From the IMG/VR virus record IMGVR_UViG_3300008954_000007: a stretch of DNA of 64,000 bases, one strand, 5' to 3'. This document shows, in pieces, positions 26,092 to 37,500 of the stretch (positions are counted from its first letter, which is position 1; the number at the start of each line of letters is the position of its first letter). A model generated the notes under the pieces. It was not told where the DNA came from, searched no databases, and saw nothing but the letters and a program-made list of their open reading frames with translations. The stretch is from a virus. A program made the translations under genes and the position numbers.

Positions 26092-27631
26092 TAATCATAG
26101 AAAAATCCCATTCATCACCTATTTCTGTATAGTTATCCAACTTCATTATTTCAGTATTCAAAGAAGCGAAGATAGGATTTTTTAAAGAATAGTCTGTATC
26201 AAAATCATCATCTTCTTCAGATTGAAATTCATTAACGTGCTCAAGAGAGTCTCCATCAACTTCAATCTTGGAATGACGAAGCTTAGTAAACCAAAACCTA
26301 ACTCTTTTCTTAACTACATCATCAGTTGTTCTTTTCCAGTTTAATCCAATATCAATGTGATCTCTGATAGCAGTAGAATATTTATAGCTACCATCTTCTT
26401 GAGATTGAATAGGAACTATTAAAACAACATCTAGCGACCTAGCTAGAGCTTTTAGTTCAGCATATAGGTTAGAGTATGAGTGCCAACTTTGTTCTCCAGA
26501 TAGAACTTCATTCATTATACCTGGATAGTCAATAATTAACACATCACAGCCACGTTTTTCCTTTAGTTGGCTAATTTGAGACTTAATTATCTCAACACTA
26601 CAACCTGAAGCAATGTCTATGGGGAAAAAGGTGTTTCTTCTTCTAAGGATTTTGGAATTTTCAAAAAACTTTTCTTCAATTTCTTCCTTACTAAAGGAAG
26701 CAAGTTCATTTCCAAAAAGATTAATGATTTTCTTGGCATCATTATAGCACTCAGGATCAACAGCTTCTAGTAAAACCATTTTTCTTAACCTTAAAGTGGT
26801 TTTAAGATCTAGATCACGCATTAATATCTTAGTGACAGGAATTTCACTCATCCTACTATGGAGTCTGGCTAATAATTCTTCTTCACTCATTTCTAAGCTA
26901 ACATAAGCCACACTTAAATCTTCTTTATAGGCACTATAGCCCATGTTCATAGATACAATACTTTTACCACCTTGAGTTCCACTACCTAAACCTACTAGAT
27001 TTGGTTTTCTAAACCCACCACCCATTTTTTCGTTTAGCTCTTTAATACCACAAGATATAATTTCTTCTTCATTAAAAGAAGTGCTATATCTTTCTAGAGC
27101 AATAGGGGAGAATTCAGAAATATCATAATTAATGATGTTGTTAGAATATATCTGATTCTTTAGTCCAGCTATTTGGTCTTCTAAAAAACTTAAAGATTCT
27201 TGTGGGCTTTTTTGGCTAGAAATAATACTACTAGCCTCACGCATAGTTTTAATCAGAAAGTTTCTTAGATAGTTAGACTCAACTTGTTTTCTAACTAAGT
27301 TGTATTCTGCATCAAAAAGGTCAGATTCAAAATTCTGGATGGATTGATAAATGTTGATTGACTCTTCAACATCTATGTCTCTTTTGATAATTTCTTGTTT
27401 TACAAGGTTGGCATCTGGCAAATGACCAGAGCTTTTGTAAAACTCAACAATGATGTTGAAGATGGTCTTATTGGGATTGTCAATAATCCATTCAGGATCA
27501 ACTTCTCCTGAAATTCTTTTGACAAAATCTTTACTAGTTAAGTACCTAATAAGAGTAGGTTCTGTATCACAAACCTCTTTCTTAAAATCAACAAATTCAT
27601 TATCATTGTTTACTTTGGATTTTCTAATCAT
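26084..27631 (-). CDS. Replicative helicase (DnaB-like, SF4)
   Basis: Walker A GSGTQGGKS, SLEMS, IIDY, LKALARSLDV and KLRH motifs; GAGG RBS. Confidence 0.9.
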   Translation of the reverse strand: MIRKSKVNNDNEFVDFKKEVCDTEPTLIRYLTSKDFVKRISGEVDPEWIIDNPNKTIFNIIVEFYKSSGHLPDANLVKQEIIKRDIDVEESINIYQSIQNFESDLFDAEYNLVRKQVESNYLRNFLIKTMREASSIISSQKSPQESLSFLEDQIAGLKNQIYSNNIINYDISEFSPIALERYSTSFNEEEIISCGIKELNEKMGGGFRKPNLVGLGSGTQGGKSIVSMNMGYSAYKEDLSVAYVSLEMSEEELLARLHSRMSEIPVTKILMRDLDLKTTLRLRKMVLLEAVDPECYNDAKKIINLFGNELASFSKEEIEEKFFENSKILRRRNTFFPIDIASGCSVEIIKSQISQLKEKRGCDVLIIDYPGIMNEVLSGEQSWHSYSNLYAELKALARSLDVVLIVPIQSQEDGSYKYSTAIRDHIDIGLNWKRTTDDVVKKRVRFWFTKLRHSKIEVDGDSLEHVNEFQSEEDDDFDTDYSLKNPIFASLNTEIMKLDNYTEIGDEWDFSMINA

Positions 27632-27658
27632 AATTACCTCATTGGCTATGGTGAAAAT

Positions 27659-27687
27659 ATGATATCATATTTGTTTTTCTATTTCAA
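27659..27687 (-). promoter_or_regulatory. Sigma70-type promoter of the helicase/primase operon
   Basis: TTGAAA-17 bp-TATCAT with extended TG; the -10 lies inside an 18-bp palindrome. Confidence 0.65.
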
Positions 27688-27694
27688 GAGAAAA

Positions 27695-27724
27695 ATGACT
27701 TTAATTATACCCCTGTGCTATAAT
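27695..27724 (+). promoter_or_regulatory. Extended -10 promoter of the giant-gene operon
   Basis: TGcTATAAT at 27716-27724; weak -35 ATGACT. Confidence 0.65.
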
Positions 27725-27752
27725 AATCAATTATTAGTGGGAGTATGTAGCA

Positions 27753-30700
27753 ATGCCAGAACTTTTAGCTAGGGATGACGCACAACAGCAAATACAATCT
27801 TATTATTTCATTGAGGTAATGAATGATTACCTGCAGGATGTAGAAGCAGGTCAAGCTTATCTATTAAATGAAATTAGAAAAAATACAGGTAACATTAGAC
27901 TAAGAGCAGATAACGTTACCATGAATACTCAACAAATTGAGTTGTTGTTGGGTGGACTGCATTCTCACACTGATTATAATGAACTAAAGGCTTCTGATTC
28001 TGACCCCTCTACTCCTAGCTATTTAATACAAGAATTAGATGGAAGTGATAATCCCACAGGAAATGTAGTTTTAACCACAGACCCTTCTCAACTAGAGAGT
28101 GATCAATATGGGTTGATTTTACAAGATGTTCTATGGGAAGAAATACCAGGTGAAAATGGTGGAGATCCTACATATAAAGAAATAAGTTCATTTAGATATG
28201 CTAGAGATCAAATAGAAGCAATAAAGGCCATATATACAGCTAGTGTTAGTGATAATAAGACTTTAGTTGACGTTCATGAAGCATTAATTGATGTTTATAG
28301 TGCTGTATCAGGACAAGATGCAGGGAATACATCTGCTTTAGGTGGAGTGTCTAGCACAATTTCTTCATCAATGAGCAACACTACTATATCTTTAATTGGA
28401 ACTACTCAAGAGTGGGATGATTGGAATGCATTAGAAGATCCAGATCCAGAACTGGAACCAATTAAATATCCAGATCAAAACCTCTATGAGTTGATAGATA
28501 CAGAGATTACTGCAGTCACAACTGCATTAACTGACACTATAGAAGTTACACTTGAGGAAATAGATAAGGCACTAAGAACTGAAGGGTATTTGAAGGATAT
28601 TGATAGTACATTAAGTGATCAATTAGATATAAAAGTTTCTAATTTAGAAACCTTATTGCTGAATGTATTAAGTGCACCTGGTGTTACTCTGGATGCATCT
28701 ACAAATACATATCTAGATGACCAGGGTGTCACAGCTTCTTTTATAAATTTAGATGATGTTAAAACTGAGGTAAACACTGCTAGTGCCAATATTACTGGGG
28801 GAATAACAGATCAGACTACTACTTTAGGTAATAAAATAGATGCCTTATTTACAGATCCTTTAGATACTGACAAAAGATCACTGTATGACCTATATGAAAC
28901 CATAACAAAAATACATTCAACTACATTAGCTGAATATGCTAGTTTGTTTGATGTTAAAACTTCAATAGATAGTCTTTTGGTTACTTCTGCAACTGGAGTG
29001 TCTATTTTTGACTTAGATGCGACTGTAACTAGTGAATTCACTAACTTAAAAAATGGGAAAACACTTTCAGATTTAGATACTTCTATAGGGAATGTTCAAG
29101 GCGCAATAGAGACTCTTCAGGGAACAGAGACATTCACTATTGAAACATTAGAAGGTAAAGTTGGTAGTTTATTAGAAGTCACTACTGATGGAGCAAAAAC
29201 TTCCATTTTTGATTTAAATTTTAATTTAGTTGACGATACTAGTGGTCAATTTAGGCTCTTAAAAGATGATTTAACTAAAGCATATGTTAATGGGGAAGAT
29301 AGATTAAATATTCCAGGATTAGGAGAGAAGATAAATCTTGCTTTATTGGGAACCATAGATGATGGAACTTCAGGTGTTAGTGGCACATCAGTTACTTCAG
29401 TTATTGAGAAAGAAATATCTTCTTTAGAGGATATGTTGATTGGATCTACAGCTTTAGTGGGAGATACCTCTAATCTTTATGAAATAGAAAAAGATATAGA
29501 GAGAATTAGGGGTCTTGTTGGCAATGATGTAGAGGATAGCACTAAGAAAAATTTAAAAGATCTTCATACATCTTTAGAGAGTATTAAGGGATCTAGTGTT
29601 AACTATCAAAAGAATTTAAATGACATTTATGATAGGTTAGGTAATCTTTCTTTAGAAGTCAATAATGTAGCTGTTAATACAGATCAGCTTGAACAATTAA
29701 TAGGTTGGGATTTCACTAGAGATCTATATACTCCTGAGTATATAGCGTATGTTGATGATATATATGTTGTAAATGCGCTAATTTATCCAGACCAGATTGA
29801 TGCTTCAGGTGTTTCAGTAGAAGACTATAATAAAAATAATTATCTAGCTTATTCTAGTTCTTATTGGCAAGATGCTCATGAGTCATTAGGTGGTGAGATC
29901 TTTTTATATGGTGGTAATGCAGGTAGGTCAGTTTCTGACGTATCATCACCAGGGGATGAACACCCACTAACAGATGTGGTTGGTTTTTCCTCTATTTTTG
30001 ATAGAATGTCTGAGAGTAAAACTACTCTTGACAGTATTAAAAACACACTAGAAAACTTAAATAAAGCTACTAGAGAAAGTAGTTTTTTTGATGGAAATGG
30101 TGATCTTACTGGAACTAAGAAAACAATACAAGATTATCTTGATTCTTTACACATTAACATTAATAAAGGACTAATAGATGGTCAAACAGATAGTGAATCA
30201 AGATTATGGCTTTTAAACGATGATTTAAATGAAGGGTTGTTTACAAACAGGGATTCACAACCTGGTGAAGAGCCTAAACTGGATAGAATAACTAATGAGT
30301 TGTTGAGGCTACAGGGAAATTATCCAGTTGATTGGGTATCTACTTCAGGGTCACCCCATGATGGCTTTACTAACTCTGAGTCTAGTAATCTCTATGAGAT
30401 AGAAAAAGATTTAGAGAGAATTAGAGGTATAGTCGCTGGAGATACATTAGGAAACACTACCTCTAATCTTCTAGAAATAGAATCAAGATTGTTAGATATT
30501 CAGGGATATGATAATTCTAGTAATAGAGTAGAGACTTTAACAGATGATGCATCATTACCTAATATTGATAGTGTTATTAAGGTATTAAGAAACTTTAGGG
30601 GTGGTTCATTAGATACTGAACTAGATGATGTAGTTGACAATCAGGGTCAAGATGTTACTCAACCATACAATCCAGAAGACCCATTACATGACCCAATAAC

Positions 30701-33700
30701 TACTTTATATCCAACTTTCAGGGATATTAGGGATGTTTTAAACACCTTAAAGACATCTATTGATCAAATAGGTGGTGTTTTCTCAGAAAATCCAGGGAAA
30801 ATTGAAGCTTTATCATCTAACTTTTTTGAATTAGGCAATCAAATTAATTCATTAAGGGGTGAAGTTCCAGAGTTAGATCCCTCTGTATATGGGTATTTCT
30901 ATAATAGTGTTAGAAATTTGCATGATTTTAATGAAACATATGATGCTTCTAATGTAGATAGAATAGAGGATTTTTGGAATGTTGAAGGATCAGATTTTTT
31001 TGAACATTCTACTTCAGAAGATACTTCTCATGCTACTACTTATCCTGATCCAGATGGTTCCTATGTATATGAGGCTAAAACATCCAACTTATATCAAGTT
31101 AATGAGAATATAAAGTCATTATATGCTGCACTAACTGGAGATTCAGTTACAGAAAGCATTATTGATAAGGATGAGGCTAATGATAATCTTTTAAGTCAAT
31201 TAAGGGTTATAAGTAGTGACGCAACTGCAGTTGATAATACCAATCTATATGATATTGAGTATGCTATAGGTGAATTGAAGGGTGTTAGTGATAAAACCCT
31301 TACAGATGTTAATTCAACTATAGGTGATATAAGAGGATCTATTGTTAAAGATGGAGTATCAGAGGAAACTGAAACAACTTTAGCTAGAGTTGTAGAGACT
31401 TTAACCAGCTATGATGATTTTCAAGTAACAATCCCCAATGTAGCTTATCAAGATTATCTTAATTCTGTTGCCAGTGGTACTTGGACAGGAGAAGAAGATA
31501 TACCAGCAGAAACAATATTAGCAGAAGGTGCTTTTGAGTCTAAAAACTTAGTGGACTTATACTATAAACTGGAGACATTAAGTGGGGATGTTAGAGCTAC
31601 AGATCCTGTGGCAGCACTGTCTAATCTAGAGTTATCAGTTGGAGTTCAATCTACAGATACAATTAGGGCTATAGTTGGTTGGGATTATGACCCTGATGCT
31701 GATGGTTTTGATGAAGCAGCTTGGATAACTGAAAACAGAAATATATTTGATGAAATAAATACTTTATCAAACGATATAACTGGCTATGTACCTGCTGCTG
31801 AAGGTGTACCTGAAGTAACAGCAGGTACTTTAAAAGGTATAGAGAGTGCAATTGGTGGAGTAGCTTCAGACATAACTGGTGGCACTTCATTATCTGCAGT
31901 AAGTGATTCTATAGGTGGTATAGCTTCTGCAATAACAGGTACTTCATCAACAACTTTATCTGATATTAGTGATAATTTAACAGGTGATGGTGGTGTAAAG
32001 TCAGAAGTAACTTTAGTAAAAACTGCTGTTGATACTGCAACAACAGCAGTTAATAGTCTAACTGTAGGGGATAAATATAAGTATGAGATTATTAATAATG
32101 AACTTACCAGAGTAATAGATGCCCCCCCTGAACTAGAAGTAGAGTTTACAGCTTTTGCAGACATTTACAATGCTATTATTGATCAAACTGAGGAAGTTAA
32201 GAAAGTACAGTTGGAAGTTGGGTCTGTAATAGTTAATACAGACCAGTTAGAACGCTTAATTGGATGGGATTTTGATGGAAATGTTGAGTTTAACATTGAG
32301 GATGGTGATACTTTATATCAAAACACCTTATTTCAGCGTCTTGAGATGCAGAAAAAAGACATTGTTGATGCAATTCAGCAAGTAACAGTCAACATTGGTG
32401 ATGTAGCAGTAAATACAGACCAACTGGAACGCTTAATTGGGTGGGATTTTGCAGATAAAACACCAGTAGCGTCTTATGCAGATTTTTTAGCTAACCAACT
32501 GGTAAATACAGAAGATAACCCTGTAAATAGACAAGCTTTTTTAGATGAAAACCCCTCTTTTCATTGGGATGACCTATATATAGATGCTTCAGGGGCAGAA
32601 TCTGTAGTTAAAGAAGATCCTGATGACACATCTGAAGTAAACAACACACTTTTCCATAAAATTGACTTAATTGCATCAGATTTAGCACTTTGGGCAAATG
32701 TAGCAGATTTATTTAAAGCACCTGTGGGTGGGGAATTAGGTGGGGCTGCATATATTAACCTAGAAGAGTTAAGAACGTCTGTTGATACCACTACAGGTGA
32801 AATCACACGTTTAATTGATACTTTCACGAAGGATAATCCAGATAATGATCTTTTTGATCATTTAATAAGCCTAACTAGTTCGATAAAGGGTGACCAGGGG
32901 TTAGTTGATGCAATTACTACTCCAGGAACAGGGTTAAGTGCAATAATTGAGAGCAATAGTGGTGCGATATCTGGAGTTGGTGGCTTATCTGAGAAGATAG
33001 GGCTTTTAGACACATCAATAAGTGATGGAACTACAGGTTTAAATAGCAAAGTAGTTAGTTTAGACACATCAATATCTGGTGTTGATGGATTAACAGCTAA
33101 GATAGTGTCTTTAGAGTCTGCAAATACAGGGTTAACTACTGAATTAGGTGAATTAGAAACAGCAATAACTACTGTAGACACTGGCTTAAGTGCTAGATTG
33201 TTTGGCTTAGACACATCAATATCTGCTAGTGATGGCTTAAGTGATAAATTAAGTGAATTAAGTGGGTTTATTACTGGAGATACTGGTCTAAATAAGAAGA
33301 TTGAGGGTTTAACTTCCAATTTAGATAGTGATAGCGAATTTGTTTTAGGGATTGGTCAACTAGAGACAGAAATATCTAACGTTAGTACTGAAATTAGTAC
33401 TTTTTCTGGATATTTAGCCCCTAATGCTACACTACAAAGTAGTTTTAATATCATAGCTACTTCTTTAGATGACAATATATCAACATCTTTAAGCACAATA
33501 GCTGGACTACCCACTGCTACAGAAGCCTCTAATAGTATAAAGGGTGTAACAGGTGAGGGTAATGATGCAGCAGATGCAAATAATCATCCTGGTATTAATC
33601 TGCATCAATTATTAATTGGTTTAACTGAGTCTGGAGCTAGTAGTGGAAGTAATCTACATGAATTAACTGAAGCAGTTTCAGCACAAGAGTTGGATTTTGA

Positions 33701-34493
33701 TGATTTAATGATAAATCCAGTTTGGTCTACTTGGAATGATGGAGATAAGGTTGATCCTGAACCACCAGGTGGTGTAAATGACAAAAATAACCTATTCCAT
33801 ATTGTAAATAAATTATCTGATTTAACTCAACCAGGTGCTCCAGTTGAAGGAACGACATATGAGCCAAAAACACTATATAACGTAGCAGATAGCGTTGATG
33901 GTCTTGAGGTAGATATTGGTTTAGTGAGGAAAGGATTGATAAATGAAGCCAATATGGAAATTTATGAAACTCAGTGGTTGGATCAAGATAGTGATTATGT
34001 AGATGGGTCTTTAACTATAGCTGCGCCAAGAGGAGAGACTACAGATGAGTTCACAACAGCTACAGGCAGATATGTTTATAAGTTAGATGAAGTAGCTCAA
34101 GCAGTTACTGCTTTAAAAGAGTTTCAAAGACCTACTAATGATTTTGAAAATGGATCTGTAGGTGGTGTTGCGACATCAGGTCAAACACCTATACCAGTTG
34201 AAACTACAGATGATCCACTCATTGATGCAGTTCCTTTAGCGACAGAAGGATCAGAAGAGGATTTTTCATGCTCTAGAGGGGTGACTGTTACAGCCCACAC
34301 TGAAAATTCTGGTATTTTATTTGTGGGGAAGGACAATGAGATTACAGCAGGAACAAATCAATTAAAAGATGGAATACCTTTGACAGCAGGAGATTCATTG
34401 TTTTTACCAGTAAGAAACCCAAGTAGTATTTACGTCATAGCAGACTATGAAGCAGGTAGTTCACCCAATTTTCTTTATTGGTTGGCAGTGTAG
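27753..34493 (+). CDS. Giant acidic coiled-coil virion fibre-like protein (2246 aa)
   Basis: Heptad-like repeats, internal VNTDQLE.LIGWDF repeats, small C-terminal beta-rich domain. Confidence 0.65.
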   Translation: MPELLARDDAQQQIQSYYFIEVMNDYLQDVEAGQAYLLNEIRKNTGNIRLRADNVTMNTQQIELLLGGLHSHTDYNELKASDSDPSTPSYLIQELDGSDNPTGNVVLTTDPSQLESDQYGLILQDVLWEEIPGENGGDPTYKEISSFRYARDQIEAIKAIYTASVSDNKTLVDVHEALIDVYSAVSGQDAGNTSALGGVSSTISSSMSNTTISLIGTTQEWDDWNALEDPDPELEPIKYPDQNLYELIDTEITAVTTALTDTIEVTLEEIDKALRTEGYLKDIDSTLSDQLDIKVSNLETLLLNVLSAPGVTLDASTNTYLDDQGVTASFINLDDVKTEVNTASANITGGITDQTTTLGNKIDALFTDPLDTDKRSLYDLYETITKIHSTTLAEYASLFDVKTSIDSLLVTSATGVSIFDLDATVTSEFTNLKNGKTLSDLDTSIGNVQGAIETLQGTETFTIETLEGKVGSLLEVTTDGAKTSIFDLNFNLVDDTSGQFRLLKDDLTKAYVNGEDRLNIPGLGEKINLALLGTIDDGTSGVSGTSVTSVIEKEISSLEDMLIGSTALVGDTSNLYEIEKDIERIRGLVGNDVEDSTKKNLKDLHTSLESIKGSSVNYQKNLNDIYDRLGNLSLEVNNVAVNTDQLEQLIGWDFTRDLYTPEYIAYVDDIYVVNALIYPDQIDASGVSVEDYNKNNYLAYSSSYWQDAHESLGGEIFLYGGNAGRSVSDVSSPGDEHPLTDVVGFSSIFDRMSESKTTLDSIKNTLENLNKATRESSFFDGNGDLTGTKKTIQDYLDSLHININKGLIDGQTDSESRLWLLNDDLNEGLFTNRDSQPGEEPKLDRITNELLRLQGNYPVDWVSTSGSPHDGFTNSESSNLYEIEKDLERIRGIVAGDTLGNTTSNLLEIESRLLDIQGYDNSSNRVETLTDDASLPNIDSVIKVLRNFRGGSLDTELDDVVDNQGQDVTQPYNPEDPLHDPITTLYPTFRDIRDVLNTLKTSIDQIGGVFSENPGKIEALSSNFFELGNQINSLRGEVPELDPSVYGYFYNSVRNLHDFNETYDASNVDRIEDFWNVEGSDFFEHSTSEDTSHATTYPDPDGSYVYEAKTSNLYQVNENIKSLYAALTGDSVTESIIDKDEANDNLLSQLRVISSDATAVDNTNLYDIEYAIGELKGVSDKTLTDVNSTIGDIRGSIVKDGVSEETETTLARVVETLTSYDDFQVTIPNVAYQDYLNSVASGTWTGEEDIPAETILAEGAFESKNLVDLYYKLETLSGDVRATDPVAALSNLELSVGVQSTDTIRAIVGWDYDPDADGFDEAAWITENRNIFDEINTLSNDITGYVPAAEGVPEVTAGTLKGIESAIGGVASDITGGTSLSAVSDSIGGIASAITGTSSTTLSDISDNLTGDGGVKSEVTLVKTAVDTATTAVNSLTVGDKYKYEIINNELTRVIDAPPELEVEFTAFADIYNAIIDQTEEVKKVQLEVGSVIVNTDQLERLIGWDFDGNVEFNIEDGDTLYQNTLFQRLEMQKKDIVDAIQQVTVNIGDVAVNTDQLERLIGWDFADKTPVASYADFLANQLVNTEDNPVNRQAFLDENPSFHWDDLYIDASGAESVVKEDPDDTSEVNNTLFHKIDLIASDLALWANVADLFKAPVGGELGGAAYINLEELRTSVDTTTGEITRLIDTFTKDNPDNDLFDHLISLTSSIKGDQGLVDAITTPGTGLSAIIESNSGAISGVGGLSEKIGLLDTSISDGTTGLNSKVVSLDTSISGVDGLTAKIVSLESANTGLTTELGELETAITTVDTGLSARLFGLDTSISASDGLSDKLSELSGFITGDTGLNKKIEGLTSNLDSDSEFVLGIGQLETEISNVSTEISTFSGYLAPNATLQSSFNIIATSLDDNISTSLSTIAGLPTATEASNSIKGVTGEGNDAADANNHPGINLHQLLIGLTESGASSGSNLHELTEAVSAQELDFDDLMINPVWSTWNDGDKVDPEPPGGVNDKNNLFHIVNKLSDLTQPGAPVEGTTYEPKTLYNVADSVDGLEVDIGLVRKGLINEANMEIYETQWLDQDSDYVDGSLTIAAPRGETTDEFTTATGRYVYKLDEVAQAVTALKEFQRPTNDFENGSVGGVATSGQTPIPVETTDDPLIDAVPLATEGSEEDFSCSRGVTVTAHTENSGILFVGKDNEITAGTNQLKDGIPLTAGDSLFLPVRNPSSIYVIADYEAGSSPNFLYWLAV

Positions 34494-34502
34494 GAGTATA
34501 AA

Positions 34503-37500
34503 ATGGCAACTCTAGGCACACTAAGTAGATCAGGATACATAAAAAAATCACAACAAACCTACTCCATTAAAGGTGCTCCTGAAGATGAAAAGAATTTTGG
34601 TTTAAATACAGAGACACCATTAGCGCATTTACATATTGTAGGTTGGGGAACTACTGAAGTTGGTAGTAATGGTGAGAAGGGTGGGTCTATAAAATTATCA
34701 TATGATGACCCAAGTAAGATTGATAGTGAATTACCTTTAGACAATATAAGTCATTTAGATATTTGGGTTAAAGATGATAACAGTCAATATATAACAGCTA
34801 GTAAAGAATTACATATTCAGTCTGATTTAGGGGATATTTATATAGAACCTGATTTGGATGTTTTTATTGGTAATCAAGATTTAACTAGCTATATAGAAAT
34901 GAGGGGTAGGGTTTTTGTAGATGGTGGTCTAACAGTTAGAGGGGTTATTGATTATCATTCTAGATCTGATTTGGCTGTTGAAGATGCTTCAATTTTCTTA
35001 AACACACCACTTTATTTTTTCAACACTATAGATGAACTAGAAGACATGGCAGAAGATGCCACTAACGTAGGGGGAGAAGATCAAGCAATAGCTAGGCATG
35101 AGCCATCTGCTGAAGGGCTAAATGGATCAGGATTAAAGTTAATTTATGGATATGCAGAAAGTGAAAATGATTATGATCCAGCAAATGGAAGTAAGATTGC
35201 CCTTGACGATGCTACAGATTTAGAGACTTACGATGCTGATGCTTTAGCTTATTATCATGAACATAGTGGATTATATAAGCCAGCAACTAAAGATTTTGTT
35301 TATAACTCAAATGGTAATGGTAATGGTCATTGGGAATCTAACATACCTATTAAAGCTACAGAGCTTAAGGTAGGTGAATCTGAAGTCTCTATAGATGATT
35401 TTATTAGCTCTATAGATACTGAAAGTGAAACTTTAGATACTTCTTTAGTAACAGCTAGTGGTATTGATACTTTTGTTAGTGATTCTATTGCACATCTATT
35501 TTCTCATACTATTTATTCTGGTAATGGTATTGGTGATGCGAAAGCCAAGCTTTCTTTATCTGAAGATGGAAGTGACTCTAGTTTTCTATTTGAGATAGAT
35601 GATACAGATGTTTTTAAAATAACTAGTGATAACAATATAAAAATACTTCAGGGATATAACTTAAGTTTCACTGAAAATGGTCACACAGTATTTGACATTA
35701 AGAACCCTGATGCATCTAGTTGGAGTAGCTTAACAGAAGGTTTTTCTACTAATGTACTAGTTACACATTATGCTGTAGATAGTTTTGTTAAGCAGCATGT
35801 TTCTGATGAACTAGCAGCTTTCGATATGAGCTTCATCATTAGTGATGATGATGTAGCTAAAGTAGAAACTATAGGATCTACAGATCCATCTATCAATTTC
35901 ATTATTTCTGACATTGGGGTCATAAATGTTGACTCTAATGGTTTAAGAATACCAAGCGATATAACTGATGATTTTGATACTTGGATGACAGATCTAAAAG
36001 AGGGTGATGAACCAACTGAAAAATATACTGGATCAAACTTCTCTTTAAACCCAGGGGTTGAGATTCGTGCTATTAAAAGAAATTCAACTCAAGAAGAAGA
36101 TGCTTTTAATTACTTAGACATAGTAGATTGGGATTTAGAAGAAGACGATGTCCTCTTAACTCAGAGTGCTATTAAATACAAAATTGGAGATATAACCCAT
36201 CAAATTGTATCTCAAGACACTAAAGCTATAGTAATTAATGAAAACCTAGATTTATCAGTAGAAGAGAAGATATCTATTGTTTATAAAACCCATGAAATAG
36301 CTAAGTTTAGTAATGCTGGATTAGAAATTTTATCTTTGGGTGAACTAGATGGATTGGGAGTTCGTACTCCAGTTCTATATTTAGGTAGTGGATCTACTGG
36401 AGCTACAGAGATAAGGAATGCCAGTAATATTGATTGGGAAAACCCATCAGCTTCAGCTTTAGTTACACAAGAAGTATTAAAGGATTTTGTTGATTCAACT
36501 GTAGGTAATGTCACTACTGTTGGAACTGATGGTCAATCTTTAGCTTTTGAAGAAGATGAAACAATTTTTTATTCTGATGATAATGAAGTACTGTACTTAA
36601 GTTCAAATGCTGTTGTTTTAGATAGGGCTAATGATTCAGAAGTTGAAGGGAATATTTTTGTTGAGGGTCTTTCTTTCTCTGATTATTTAAATGATCAGGG
36701 AGAGGTTAGTGATAGTCATCATATTATAAGAGGTGTCTTTACTGCCCAAACTTTTGATGATCAAGTGGTTGGAGATTGGTATGACACCAACACTGATGAG
36801 CAATTGCCAACACAACTTTCTGTCAAGGGTTTTGTCACTAGTGTTTTAACTTCCACACTATTAGACTATCCACAAAATCAGATTTATGAAGTGTGGAGTG
36901 ATCAAACCACTAGGAGTTCTATTACAGTTAGGGGAGATACAGAATCAGAAGACGATCCAATTATTAACTTCACATTAGATGATACTGCAGGAAGATTGCC
37001 AGATGCAGTAATGACATCCAGCTATTTCCTATTAGATTTAGGTTTAAAGCTTGGCAGAAAGGTTGATGATTCCCCAACAGATCCTACTGCACAATACTTG
37101 CAAGATAACAAAGATAGTTGGAGTGATGATGATTCAAAAAGTGTCAGCATAGCTACTCAAAATTCAATTGATTTATGGATTCAGGATCAACTAGATGGCT
37201 TAGATTTCACTTCAATAAGAACTGCAGATTCAGATGGCATTAGTAGGATTGCTAGTGGTAATGAGTTAGCTAGGTTAGAGATATTAGATAAAAACGTTGC
37301 TTTACAAACTGGATTTGACTCCAGGAAAACATTCTCTTTTCGCACAGATGATTTACAAAGTGTTCCTCATCAAGTACTCATTATAGATGAAGATGGAATT
37401 TCTTTTTTCTATACTGGAACTGGAGATAACCCCATCTGGCATGGGATTCCCATTAGGGGTTTCACTAATGACCCTGAAGATATAAATATAGCTCAATCTA

